From Octopus bimaculoides (Eukaryota): a stretch of 45,309 nucleotides of DNA. The notes under the pieces are model-generated. The model did not search any database, was not told the DNA's origin, and saw only the letters and a program-made list of their open reading frames with translations. How positions within the stretch are numbered: the stretch's first letter is position 1; each line of letters opens with the position of its first letter. A program made the position numbers and the translations under genes. Below are positions 32,536 through 45,309 of this stretch, one piece after another. The stretch covers positions 369,792-415,100 of the forward strand of contig NC_068983.1 of NCBI RefSeq assembly GCF_001194135.2. The letters run 5' to 3'.

Positions 32536-33935
32536 TTTCATAACGTTAATGATATTGTAACTGTAATTTCTGAGTTGAAACATCAGTGATTTACAAACTA
32601 GAATAATTGTTCCAGAAATATCGAAAGGGTAAAGTTGAGTCAACAACAAAAAAACATGTTTTGTTTTATCGTTAAGAATAAACCCCGAGAAACATAACGA
32701 GGACTGAATGAAGAAATCCTTTACAAACCTCTGTAAAAATATTCAGCGTTTCAAAAGTAGTTCCTAAACTCTTCTAAATATTATAGAGAATAAATGAAAA
32801 CTCGGTTTTACAGTGGCCTCTACACTGGCATCCTCTCGCAGTTTAAAGTACATTTTTTGTATTATTGCTAAAATAATTCTGTTTAAACGGGCCACATGAG
32901 ATGATTTCTTGACTAGAGACAACTGAACGAGAAAACTCACTCATTTGAAAGCGATTGCAAGATATCTAATATGAAGTTTATGAAGAGAAGTTAAAATGAT
33001 TTACAACTTTAAATTATTCACATTGAAACAATATCGTTCTCATTATGTTCTGCTTCATTTGCTCTTGTTATCTAATTAGGATGTGAGAGTAACGATTTGT
33101 AACTTGATTCTAGAAAGAGAGTTGAAATGTTATTGTTTCACAAAGTTGTTAAGTCGACATGAACAATCTTAGACATTAACTTCGGTCTACACAGCCAAGA
33201 AAGTAAGAAATAAGATTATAAAAAAACCAAGACAAAGAAAACTTCATTGATTTATTTGACAACATAAATAGTAGTAACTTTAACGAATCAGATTTAAACG
33301 AAATTTGTTTCAGACCGAAAATAATTAACGTGTGTATGTCATTGTAAACTGGAAAAGTGAGACTGTAATCTGTAATAGGTTTGGAAGGCTTAATTCTGTT
33401 TTATTTCACGAAAAATGTTATAAAGCTCCATTATTTAAAAAACAGAGACGTACCTCGATGAATTTTAAATACCGCTGCGCTCTAAACTCCCATAATTCAA
33501 CTCTCCTTTTTCTAAATTAGGAAACTGTTTATGATTAAATAGGATCAATAAAGCTGAAAATAAAAATTCATTGATCTGGATCAAGAATTTCTTAACACTC
33601 GAAATATTCCATGGATAACTCCCCACCCAAATTATAAGGTTGGGTTCCGTTATAATTCCACGGTCGATAAAACATTGAAATAGATTCAACAGAAAAAGAG
33701 AATTCATTTCCATTCGTTTCAAAGAATTAAAAAAAAAAACGCCCAGATCTTTATTTTTGGATGAGTAAGTTGAGATTGTTTAAAGAATTTAAAAAGGGTT
33801 TTATATCCCAACTCATTCCTCAGATATTGTCGTCACTGATGTATATTAAAAAGACTCTAAATATCGGACATTGATGAAAAGGAGGTATTTGATCAATTTC
33901 AAATAGCAGCAATATGAAACTTTACGGCATGGAAA

Positions 33936-33936
<1 letters not shown>

Positions 33937-34011
<75 letters not shown>

Positions 34012-34738
34012 NNNNNNNNNNNNNNNNNNNNNNNNNNNNNNNNNNNNNNNNNNNNNNNNNNNNNNNNNNNNNNNNNNNNNNNNNNNNNNNNNNNNNNNNN
34101 NNNNNNNNNNNNNNNNNNNNNNNNNNNNNNNNNNNNNNNNNNNNNNNNNNNNNNNNNNNNNNNNNNNNNNNNNNNNNNNNNNNNNNNNNNNNNNNNNNNN
34201 NNNNNNNNNNNNNNNNNNNNNNNNNNNNNNNNNNNNNNNNNNNNNNNNNNNNNNNNNNNNNNNNNNNNNNNNNNNNNNNNNNNNNNNNNNNNNNNNNNNN
34301 NNNNNNNNNNNNNNNNNNNNNNNNNNNNNNNNNNNNNNNNNNNNNNNNNNNNNNNNNNNNNNNNNNNNNNNNNNNNNNNNNNNNNNNNNNNNNNNNNNNN
34401 NNNNNNNNNNNNNNNNNNNNNNNNNNNNNNNNNNNNNNNNNNNNNNNNNNNNNNNNNNNNNNNNNNNNNNNNNNNNNNNNNNNNNNNNNNNNNNNNNNNN
34501 NNNNNNNNNNNNNNNNNNNNNNNNNNNNNNNNNNNNNNNNNNNNNNNNNNNNNNNNNNNNNNNNNNNNNNNNNNNNNNNNNNNNNNNNNNNNNNNNNNNN
34601 NNNNNNNNNNNNNNNNNNNNNNNNNNNNNNNNNNNNNNNNNNNNNNNNNNNNNNNNNNNNNNNNNNNNNNNNNNNNNNNNNNNNNNNNNNNNNNNNNNNN
34701 NNNNNNNNNNNNNNNNNNNNNNNNNNNNNNNNNNNNNN
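33937..34738. other. (CA)n microsatellite followed by assembly gap (N 34012-34738)
   Basis: Direct inspection; the long X-rich ORFs here are artefacts. Confidence 0.97.
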
Positions 34739-35589
34739 ACTGTCGGATTCCAAACTTATATTGAAATTCTTCAAGTGTAGAAAATCTTCGTTTCACGACG
34801 GTAAAACCATTGTGTGGGTGTGGCGAAAAGTAAATTATGATCGAAAAAAGTAGAAGACAAAGAAATCTTTTAGCACATCTTTAATGATTCGTTACATAGA
34901 GTTGAACACCGCATGCAAAAAGTAAATAAATAAAAATTATTGTTACAGAAATTAACGAAAGTGTGCGGGTTCAAACGAAAGAATAACAAACTATCTTGTA
35001 CCGAATATTTAAATTTGTGAACTTGAAATGTTCAATAATGCAAGGAAGTTGAGAAAGTAAATTTTCCTGAAAACTTCAATTTAAAAAAAAAATCTCTCTT
35101 GCTTAGTGAATATTTCTTTCATTAATTTATCGTAGTTGTAATATATCTCTAATTTAAAGAAACTTCAATTTAACCCTAGCACCTTTAGTGAGCTAGAAAT
35201 AGCAGCGATCACATAGTTATTATTGTAAGGTTTATAGCGTTCCAAACAGCAATACCAACAAAATAATTTAAAAAAAAATTATACCGGTATACTATATCAT
35301 GGAAACCTCAAAGTTACACAGATATTTTGTCTAATAGCATTCATTCCTTCAATAAATAATTTTTTCACATTGCATATATAGAATAAACTGTGGGTTTTGA
35401 CAACGTTGAAATGAATATAAATTAAATTATCATTAATGAAAATAGAGTCGAAAGAATAGTGAGAGACTGTTGCAAATGAAAACGGAAAATTTCGCCTACA
35501 AGAATTAATATTGCTTATTAAATCTACTCTGCAGTGAATGCAAAACGAATATTTAAACTTGTGAAAAACTTGAGTTTGAATATTCAATA

Positions 35590-38500
35590 TTGAGAACTGA
35601 GGAGGTGGTTCTTATTGGAAGAAGAACAGCGAAAATAAAAATTACAAATATTCCTCCTGAAGTAGATGCTGCCTGGCTAGTGGCAGCCATAATAATGAAT
35701 CAGGAAGAAGAAATCAGCATTGCCCAAGCCTCAGTGGTAGAGGAAGTGAATTGGAAGGGACAATGCTTGAACATGTTGATTCACGCAGAGGTACCTACGC
35801 TGGAAGAAATTCCAAAGATAATAAATTTCGGCGAGGCTGATCGTCTTCGTAGAAGGCAGGAAGCCAAGATGTGTTTAACTGCGGGTTAAAGGGCCATATA
35901 AGGTCCGAATGCCAATCCGCAAAAAAAGTGCAGGAAGAAAAGGAAGGAGAAGGAGCAGTGACGGTGGAAGCGTCACCTCCATGAGCAGAGACGACACCAC
36001 TACCATCAAAATCAGAGGAAGAGTGCGAAGATAAAGAAAAAGAGGAGGGGTGGTCGACTGTTTTTAAAAAAGGAAGAAAAAAAAAAACAGACCACCCTTA
36101 CCAAACTGAAAAAAAGAGAGAAAAATGAAAAAGAAAAGGACATTAATTACATGACCATCAAAGCATCAAATAATAGACTGATAAACCGTTTGGCAGCTAT
36201 TTCATCTGCCAAACGGGTGGAAAAAACATCAAAAGACTTTCTCATCTACAAGATAGGACGGAAAGATTACGGACGGATTAAGTCGGAAGTTTTCTCATGG
36301 CGTGGGCCCTCTCAGGTTGGACTACTCTCCATATATCTACGAGGGCCTATGTAAAAAAAACCCACGAGTCCGAGAGAAAGAAACAGAGGAAGAAGGCGAA
36401 TCGAACCACTGACGCCAAGGTAAGTCATGTCTAACATTCATGTAGGTTGTATAAATGTGCGTGGCCTGGTATCAAGCTGGAAGCAAGGTCACTTCTTAAT
36501 GACATCAGGTCGCGTAATTTGGATGTTATTGTTGCTCCAGAAACCCGGTTAAGAGGGCCAAGAGATCTGCTCCCGCTGTTGGATGGCTATTAGAGTTTTT
36601 TCTCTCCAGGCTGTCCTTCTGACGAAAGCGAGGTGTTAGTCCTGTTAAAAAGAAACCGGGTTTCTTAGAAAAAGTTAATTTTTTCAGATCCAGAAGGTAG
36701 GCTGGTCGTCATGGACTTGACGTTCAGCCGTGGTAAAGTTATCAAACTGGTTGCAATTTATGCACCAACGCCAACCGGGCAAAGCGAATATGTTCGGAAT
36801 CTGGAGAAGTTTCTCGGTGCATCACATTCTTTAGTTGTGCTAGGAGATTATAACACAATCTACGAGGCACGCGTAGATTATGTTGGCTCGTGTACAGATA
36901 GAAAAGGTAATCCCTGCTTCCTGGAATTGTTAAGCCGCTTTGAGCTAGCAGATCCTTATAGGTTGGAATTTCCGAACGCTCCATTGTGGACATGGTCAAA
37001 TAGCGATGGGTCATACCTAGATAAAGTGTTAATTAGAAAAGCAGATAGAAATATAGCTAGGTGTCCACTGTTTCACTCGGTCATAAAATGGTCACCTGTA
37101 AGCTTGACATAGATAAGCTATATAACAGAAGTCCCGGCTACTGGAAACTTAATACGTCCCTTTTGGCGATTTAGGAGTACAGAGACCGGATTAATTTGTT
37201 GATTCAGAGGGCATTAACCGGATCCATTATTAATAATAAATGGTGGTATGCCCTCAAGCGAGCCATTAAATTTGAGTCTGTTAGACATAGCATAAGTTTA
37301 GTGGCTAGAAAGGCTAGGAGGGAATCAGCTTTAGTTAAGGATTTAGAGGAAGCAATGAAAATGGCTCTGCGGCTCAGGTGAAGGCCAAGCGACTGGCGTT
37401 AAACCAGCACCTCGAAACCAAACACATGGGTCACATTGTCAGGGCTAAGCTTTGTGCAGTGGGTTGTGAGGGAATCAAGGCCGCAGGATGTGCCCGAATG
37501 GTGGAAGACCAACGTGGTAATGATGCCACAATCCGATCTTTGACGAACCGACAAGGTAAGCTGATAGACGAGCCCTAGGAGATGTGTGAGGCTTTTCAGG
37601 AGCACTTCGCCTAGCTTTTCGGTGGGAGGGGCGGGCCGGATAGTAGGAGGGACCTAACGGACTTCCTCGCCGGGATGCCGCGTCTATCTAGGCGGGACGC
37701 GGAGTGCTGTGAAGGGCCGATCACGCATGAGGAGGTAATTGAGGCTATGGCAGACTGCGGTGCGGGTAAGGCGCCGGAATTGGATGGTCTACCCTATGAG
37801 TTGTATAAGAGTATGCCAGACTTGTTCGGGCACCTGCTGGCGAATGTCTATGCGAACTGGTAGTATAACGGGCTTATTTCCAGATCTGTGCGCCGGGGAG
37901 TGGTGAGGCTTGTCACAAAGGACCCGGACAAGGGGGATTCCGTTGATAATTTTCGGCCCATCACTCTGCTAAACGCAGAGTTGAAGATTTTGGCCAAAGT
38001 GTTATCGAAAGGATTGGCGTGTGTTGCGGCAGAACCATCCAGGATAATCTCCTTATACGGTACACTTTAGAGAGGTTTAATAGTGATTCTGGCAAGGGAG
38101 GAGCACTGGTCCATTTAGACCAATCTAAGGCATTCGATAGGGTTGACCATCGCTACCTGGTGTCCGTTCTGGAGCAGTTCGGCCTAGGTCTTGGCGTCCT
38201 CAGGTGAATCATTGATGCGCAGACCTGCACTGACGTTGAGGCATCTGTGGCTTTACCTGGGTGGTGAACGGGTGTGGTCTCCACTGGCGAAACGGATGTT
38301 TCCCAAGTTCACTAGTTTCGGTGGACGGGAAACCTGGTTCTATCGAAGATCGAAGTTGGGTACATGGTTTACGGAGTGTCGCAAGGCTCTCCTACAATTC
38401 TATCGCTTGGGCAATGTCTGCGGTGGAGATTTCACCGCATTCTTTTATAGAGGGCTTGTAGAGGCGGAATGTGACGATGCCTTAGGGGAAACCCTAGGTC

Positions 38501-39296
38501 TCGACAATAATCAGCTGGCTAGTCTGTTCCAACGTAGACTGGGGCCGAAGACCCTGGACAACTTTCAGAAGTCTGTGGCATGGCAGTGTTACCGAGGAGC
38601 CTTACCTGTTCGGGACAAGCTCACAAGGCACGGTGGCTGCGGCCCTTCGACCTGTCCAAGATGTGAGCGGGATAGGGAAACCGTCCCGCACACCATTGTT
38701 CAGTGTTCGGAGGTGTCAGACTGTGTGGTTATGCTGAACAACTGTTGTCAAGTGCAGGAAGAGTACAGCTAGCGACTGAGTCAATAGTAAAAATTGATCC
38801 ACCGGATTTCCTATCGAAAGAAGGTAAGAATTGTTTTCTCATTGTTGTAGCAATTGCGAGAGAGGTGATTTGGAAGACGAGGCTGAAAGGGTTAAAGTCA
38901 GGCACCTTCATCTCTGTCCCTGAATTGGTGAATTACTTCACCTTTCACCTTAAAAGAAAAATAGGGCTAGAGAGAAAATGCCTAACTGTGAAAATGTTCG
39001 AAAATCGATGGAAGAATGTAGCACGGATGTTGCGTGTGAATGTAACCTCATGAATGCGACGCAGGACGTATCTCGGGTATCAGCGGCGAGGCGGGGCTCG
39101 TGGGGTCCGGATTAAACCCACCGCCCACCCCATCCGTAATGTCTTCCGGTCTGTCCTATCATTCGATTTCTTTATATTTTTTCATATTTTGTGAATTTTT
39201 AACCTCATATTTATGCTATAACCATTCGTTCATCTGACCCCAAATCAGACTGTGTTGTCCCTTTCTATGTTGTCCCATTGTGGGAAATAAAAAAAA
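35590..39296 (+). mobile_element. Tx1/L1-group LINE, 5'-truncated, internally deleted and decayed
   Basis: ORF1 remnant with zinc knuckle CFNCGLKGHIRSEC (35872-35912). ORF2 from ATG 36427: APE (CINVRGL, AIYAP, VLGDYN, YLDKV), RT (DGLPYELY, NFRPITLLN, LDQSKAFDRVDH), C-terminal CPRC...ETVPH...C, stop 39053; aataaa and A-tail at 39286-39296. Confidence 0.92.
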
Positions 39297-39475
39297 TCCA
39301 TTAATTCTTAGTGTAAGTTTTGAAGCGTGCAGTTCGATTTTAACGATTACTTTTTCAAAGCTACAATGGAAGTAACAAAGGAACATATTCAGCATATTTT
39401 TGCTTTATGAGTTCGATAAAGTCAACAACGCAACGGAAAGTGCGAGGAATATTAATGCTGTATATGGGAATCGGA
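39297..39475 (+). mobile_element. Mariner transposon 5' remnant
   Basis: From ATG 39366: MEVTKEHIQHI(frameshift)LLYEFDKVNNATESARNINAVYG, the N-terminal HTH of mariner transposases. Confidence 0.8.
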
Positions 39476-39646
39476 TTTTGAACAATCGTTGCTGATTAAA
39501 AATCGATTTTTCCTAAATTCCAAGTGAGTAAGTGACCGCCTGAACATACGCTCTCCACACGTGTCAAGTTTCACCAAGATCTGTTGGATAGTCTCGGAGG
39601 AGATAAAGTAACAAATTCGCAAACACACAAATTTCTCATTATATAT

Positions 39647-39860
39647 NNNNNNNNNNNNNNNNNNNNNNNNNNNNNNNNNNNNNNNNNNNNNNNNNNNNNN
39701 NNNNNNNNNNNNNNNNNNNNNNNNNNNNNNNNNNNNNNNNNNNNNNNNNNNNNNNNNNNNNNNNNNNNNNNNNNNNNNNNNNNNNNNNNNNNNNNNNNNN
39801 NNNNNNNNNNNNNNNNNNNNNNNNNNNNNNNNNNNNNNNNNNNNNNNNNNNNNNNNNNNN
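39647..39860. other. Assembly gap
   Basis: Run of N between (TA)n edges. Confidence 0.99.
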
Positions 39861-40229
39861 TATATATATTTATTTTGGTTTTATATATATAATGACCCTC
39901 TCCTAAGGTACTACAATATATATCTCTATCCATCCATCCATCCATCCATCCATCCATCCATCCATCCGTCCTTCCATCCATCTATCTATTTCTCTCGTTC
40001 TCTCTCTCTCTCCATATATGTGTTTTTGAGTGTGTGAGTGTGTGTGGGTGTGTGGGTGTCAGTATGTGTGTGTATGTGGGTATGTGTGTAAAAATTAAGT
40101 AAGTCATTAGACTGTAATAATGTTGGATGACCACCTTCAGGGATTAAGTTTATCTCATCGATCTCATTAATCTGTTCAGTCTATTATTGATCTTCTCGAT
40201 CTATATTTGATAAATCATCGATTTACTCT

Positions 40230-40237
40230 TTTTGAAG

Positions 40238-40300
<63 letters not shown>

Positions 40301-40423
40301 CAGGCTTCCGCACACTTTCCATCTGCCTTGTAGGAGAATGGACACTGGAACCATGTTACTGGAAAGTCAAATTGCTACCATGAAGCTGTTTATCTGTCTC
40401 AGTTTGCCTGTTTGCATGTTTCT

Positions 40424-40506
<83 letters not shown>

Positions 40507-40862
40507 TAAGCACATATATACAATGCATACATAGACAAACTCAGAGGTACATAATTCGTGAGTGCATTTTTGATACACTGTGTCAATAAACATGCAGATA
40601 TAAAAACACGGCAAACGCTACAACGTAAAAATAGAAACTGCAACACAGATACACACCAATTTGCAATTCGTCTACACATCTGTTTTTCTTATTTATTTAT
40701 CGATTGATTATTTATATGAGAGGACATAATAGCTGCAATAAACAAGATGTGGAACATATCAACATATATCTTGACTTTGAAACAGCACAAGCTGACTTTG
40801 GTGACAGTTTTTATGGCTACGCATCTAACAGAGAGTTTTCAATACAAACATTAATTTCTTTG

Positions 40863-40896
<34 letters not shown>

Positions 40897-40903
40897 TTAT
40901 CCG

Positions 40904-40947
<44 letters not shown>

Positions 40948-40957
40948 NNNNNNNNNN

Positions 40958-41012
<55 letters not shown>

Positions 41013-41060
41013 ACATACATACATACATACATACATACATACCTACATACATTACACATA
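40230..41060. repeat. Cluster of (CA), (GTT), (GT), (CT), (ATCT) and (TACA) microsatellites, with a 10-nt gap at 40948-40957
   Basis: Direct inspection. Confidence 0.9.
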
Positions 41061-41420
41061 TACCTATCGTTACTATTATGCAAAAGTGTCGTAAGTCCAA
41101 AACGTTGCTTTTTCAGAAAGCGAAAAAATAGTTTCACCATTCCATAGCAAAACCGTTGTACTGCATTTTGACAATTTTTGATATCTTGGCATCTGAAGCA
41201 GCTGGAGATACGATAGTTTGACCAAAAGAACTGGCTATTGCAAACAAAAATAAATATTGAAAAAACAATGCATTTAGCCAAATTTGGACATACGACAGTT
41301 TAACATAATAGCAACAAAATATACACAAATATATATTAGCATTACCAGCCGATGTTCGATGACTGAAATAAATTAAGAGAGATTGTCTCGCTTATCAGCT
41401 TGCAGCGCCACCGTGCTGTT

Positions 41421-41466
41421 TCTGCGACTGAAGAGGAGATAACCACTCCGAAATGCTCTTTCAGTC
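41421..41466 (+). ncRNA. Partial hammerhead core (stems I and III not resolved)
   Basis: [CTGAAGA] ggag-ataacca-ctcc [GAAA] at 41428-41453: perfect core and stem II with a G-C closing pair. Confidence 0.35.
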
Positions 41467-41606
41467 TGGATAGGCGGAGTTGCAGCCTGATTTATGTGTA
41501 TTTACACCATTTGTCTACTGGGAGGAATCTTCTACACGATAAAACAGTGAATGACTTGCTTACGAGTTCGAACGTGCCACTGGCATATTCGAAATGGTAA
41601 TAACAT

Positions 41607-41653
<47 letters not shown>

Positions 41654-41689
41654 GTGTGTATCAACTAATCAACTCCAGAGTGGAAGCCA

Positions 41690-43882
41690 TCCCCACTAAC
41701 ATGCAAGACCGCCACAGCCAATGGATCCAGGATGGCCACCACTGGCATCAGCACAGAGGTCACTCCAGTATACTTGATAAACGTAAGAGATCTGTTACAA
41801 CTCAATAACAGAACTAAAATTACCTTCCCGAGAGACCTATCGGCATGCAATCAATCCTTATGCACAGAACTCACTGAAACGCACCTAAAACCCGACATCG
41901 CTGATGTAGATATACACATTCCAAACTGCGTTGTATTGCGAAGCGATAGAAAAGACAGGTGCCATGGCGAAGCTTGCAATGTATATCCGTGAAGATCTCA
42001 CGCCGCAGATCCTTTTGTCACACTCAAACTCAATGTGTGACACGCTAATTGTACATATAAGACAAATCGACATCGTCATATGTACTACATATCACCCACC
42101 AGATGTCCCAAATCATCACACAGGCTTATTCAAAGTCTGCCTTGCAAGAACAGAAGAGGTCTTAACCAAACTAGAAGAACACAGTGTACTTCTCATAGGA
42201 GACTTCAACCAGCCCAATATGGAATGACCTGAAGGCCTTTTCCTTTCAGGAATGACGCGATGTGAGCAAAGTCACCTAGTTATACATGGAGCAAATGATA
42301 TTCCAACCAACCAGGGCAAACAATCTCTGCTTCACAAACAGTGCGGATCTGATCCATAACGTGGAAATGACACCAACATTAATCTCGGTTTACAACATAA
42401 TAGACCTGACCGTGTATGGACCAAAGGAACCCACAGACATGCAGCCTATCAGAAGCACCCCATATCTATCCAATCTGAACTACCACAAAACAGACTGGAA
42501 ATCAATTGAGAAAGAGATCAAACGGAACTTGTTCCAATGTCTCTCTGCACCTGGCGCAGACAAGAAATTGAAAACTTTCGTGTCTGTAAAACAAGACATA
42601 TGCTACAATTTTGTTCCAGAGAGAAGGGCCACTGTACATAAAAAAAAACAAGATTTCCAAGGAGAGAAAAGTTCTTGTGAGACGGCGTACAAAGGTTGCA
42701 AACTGCCTCAAAGGCAGTGAGAAATCCCACCCGGAACCAGAACCGCTGGAGATTGATTGAGAGACAACTGAATCACTCACATGAGAAAGAAAGATGAGAT
42801 AGAGAAAACTGAGTCATAGAAAATATAAAATCAGACCCCAAAACATTCTTTAAGTACGCCAAGGAGAGTGTCTCTGTACACTGCGGGATAGAGCAACTCC
42901 TCCAAAAAGATGGCTCTCTTACGGGAAACCCAATGAGGATAAGTGAGACACTGAATGAACAGTTCAAAAGTACCTTCACCTCACCCCTGCGGCACATGCA
43001 AATTAGCAAACTTTACCGTTACAGAAGTTGAACGGGAGGCAGTGACATCGAAGAAAAGGTTGTAATGTTGGCAGCAGATGAAGACCCAGCTGCTGACCTT
43101 CATTGATTCCCAGCAATCCTGCTCGAGTCATGCAAACGAGTCTTTGCAAAACCATTGCAACTACTTTTACAGAGCTTCCTCGCAAATGGTAAACTCCTGG
43201 ACAAACTAAAGGAAGAAATATTATGCCCCATCCATAAAGGAGGAAGCAGAGCAGATGCTAAAAACTACAGGCCTATCCCTCTGACCTCACACATCAGCAG
43301 AGTCATGGAACGAATAGTCGGAAGGAAATTAATTGCATTCCTTGAAGAGACTGACTTGCTGACTGACACCCAGCATGGCATTCAACCAAGTAGAAGCTGC
43401 CTGACACAGTTCTTGCAGCATTACAACTGGGTGCTAAAGGAGCTGCTCAACAACTCAAATGGAGACCTGATATATCTTGACTTTGCAAAAGCCCTTGAGA
43501 AAGTCGACTATGGTATGATTTGTCACAAGTTGTGAAATCTTGGCAGAGTTGGAAAACTTGAGGAAATGCAACATGATTTTCTAAATGAGTGGTTGTCTGA
43601 CATAACCCTAGGCTGCTCAAGTAGTTCAAACGTCTCTCACAGGACACAGGACCCTGGAGACGTGGTGCATCTACAACGCGAATCGGACGCAATACACAAG
43701 AAGCACAAGGAAAAGCAGATAGGATAAACTGGCCCAGGAGGGATTCCACTTCTCGAATCAAAATCAGCGCAGGACCTGGGCATCGTACATTACCAAGTTG
43801 GCAATATAATGCAGACGTCTGGCCGGTGGATCCTTCGAACTTTCAAAACAAATGGAAAGGAAACCTTGATGGTCCTCTGGAT
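41690..43882 (+). mobile_element. CR1/Jockey-group LINE ORF2 remnant (APE + RT)
   Basis: INVRDL...LTETHL...LRSDR...TYHPP...LIGDFNQP (APE); PIHKGGSR...NYRPIPLTS...QHG...RSCLTQFL...IYLDFAKALEKVDY (RT); later AQDLGI and WILRTFK; many stops and frameshifts. Confidence 0.9.
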
Positions 43883-43965
43883 TTGGATTAAAATGTGTGT
43901 ATACTTATACATGTGTATAACTAAATGAATACATAGATATACATATGCGTATATACATGAATACT

Positions 43966-44028
<63 letters not shown>

Positions 44029-44106
44029 CGGTGTAAAAGCAATACATATTAAAAAATATGATAGAAACAGAGATAGTGTTAGTTTAACGACCCAGTGAAG
44101 AAAGTG

Positions 44107-44141
44107 TCTTAACGCTTCGGAAATAGGACTTCATCAGAAGA
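44107..44141 (-). ncRNA. Decayed minimal hammerhead-like motif
   Basis: Minus strand tctt [CTGATGA] agtcctatttcc [GAA--]gc[GTT] aaga: 4-bp stem I; restoring AC gives GAAAC gc GTT with palindromic aacgcgtt. Confidence 0.35.
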
Positions 44142-44769
44142 AAGACAGAAGCATTGTGGGAGAAGAGAGTGAAAGAGAGACGAGGAAAGAGAGAAGAAGA
44201 GAAAGAGAGAAATAGTCTATTGATAATACAATAAGGACGGCACAAGTTAAACGCGAAGGTTTAAAATCCTGGTAAAAAAGCTGTTTAAATGGAGAGTTAA
44301 AAGAAAGTGGGCGCACGAACGCTTGCATTTGAGTGTAATTGTAGATGGAAGCGGACATACGAACGAAGTGGAGGCAATGTTTGATGCAGACAATAAGGAA
44401 GGGACAACGAAAATTTTAAGATGGAAATGTAGGTAACGGAGGAAGATACGAGAGAAAATCAATATAAGAATAAAGAAAATGACGATAAAAAATATAGGGA
44501 CGCAGGGGGACAAATAGTTAAAACAAAAAAAAACAAAAGCAAGGAAATAAAGAAAGAATTAGTGGTGGTGGGTGGGCAGATGGGGAGGGGACTTGTAGGG
44601 ATGTGGTGGGGGTTAGTGCGGCGCAAAAAGCAGTAAAAAGTTATGCATAGTAATTCCGGTTGTGATACATCGGAGAACTGCAGAGATTAAAGTGCTTTCG
44701 CTATTCTCACCTTATTATTCCTTTCACCGTATTTTCTCACAATATTTTGTTCACTGCATACTTTTTCAT

Positions 44770-44772
44770 TAT

Positions 44773-44810
<38 letters not shown>

Positions 44811-44868
44811 CATTATAATTATAATTATAATTATTATTATTATTATAATTATTATTATTATTTTTATG

Positions 44869-44912
<44 letters not shown>

Positions 44913-45026
44913 TATATGTTTTTATTTTAACCATTTGTAACTTGTTCATAAATGCCATTCGCTCCTTTACGGTGTCAGTGATGCCCTCTCACACCGTGTT
45001 CAACACTACCCAATTAACAACAACAC

Positions 45027-45081
<55 letters not shown>
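44770..45081. repeat. (TCA)/(TTA)n and (CTA)n microsatellites
   Basis: 44770-44915 and 45029-45081. Confidence 0.92.
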
Positions 45082-45082
<1 letters not shown>

Positions 45083-45230
45083 GCCTTATACCTACGTATC
45101 AACTCCTCGTATTCCTCTCTTACTTTTTTCTTTGTCTTATGAAGTCTTCTTGCATTTTCTCTTCTCCCCCCTGTCACCATTAACGTCATCCTATTCTATC
45201 CCAAGCTCTCCATCGTATTCATTTTCCTCC

Positions 45231-45309
45231 TTCATCTCCCCACCTCCTCCCCCTTCATCTCCCCACCTCCTCCCCCTTCATCTCCCCACCTCCTCCCCTT
45301 CATCTCCCC
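45231..45309. repeat. 23-bp C-rich minisatellite (ttcatctccccacctcctccccc)
   Basis: Units start at 45231, 45254, 45277 and 45299; runs off the window edge. Confidence 0.92.

Noticed and set aside
39480-39646. Helitron/DINE-like terminal sequence (aagtttcaccaagatc...acaaacacacaa)
   Set aside because: Resemblance only from memory of such ends; it is cut by a gap and no terminal hairpin could be verified.
1065-45189. Many ORF-track entries rich in poly-I/L/R/T/C, HT/CV or X
   Set aside because: They are translations of microsatellites or N gaps, not genes.

Overview
This is eukaryotic, AT-rich, repeat-dominated DNA with four assembly gaps. The SINE families and very dense micro/minisatellites look like an octopus (coleoid cephalopod) genome; that assignment is inference from recognising the repeats, not a database hit. 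No intact protein-coding gene, rRNA, true tRNA or CRISPR array is supportable. Most ORF-track entries are microsatellite read-throughs or decayed transposon fragments. Recognisable content: (i) about nine pieces of restriction-like-endonuclease (RLE) LINEs (R4/Dong-like next to TAA repeats, a second family next to TACA repeats, one Hero-like); (ii) a 5'-truncated Tx1/L1-group LINE, a second Tx1 fragment and a CR1-group LINE; (iii) several families of tRNA-derived SINEs; (iv) Tc1 and mariner remnants, plus a 0.73-kb TIR element carrying a SAP+SWIM pseudogene; (v) a Penelope-like GIY-YIG remnant. The most interesting signal is not in the ORF track: up to five hammerhead-ribozyme-like motifs. Two form the arms of a ~90-bp inverted repeat at 7937-8132. 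They carry a non-canonical core (GUGAACA instead of CUGANGA, a compensatory G3:C8 swap) and a very short stem III that is palindromic in the right arm. Another lies directly downstream of the Penelope endonuclease remnant. A decayed 23-aa (69-bp) STPR-like repeat ORF and a few candidate minus-strand micro-exons of an unidentified host gene are also noted.
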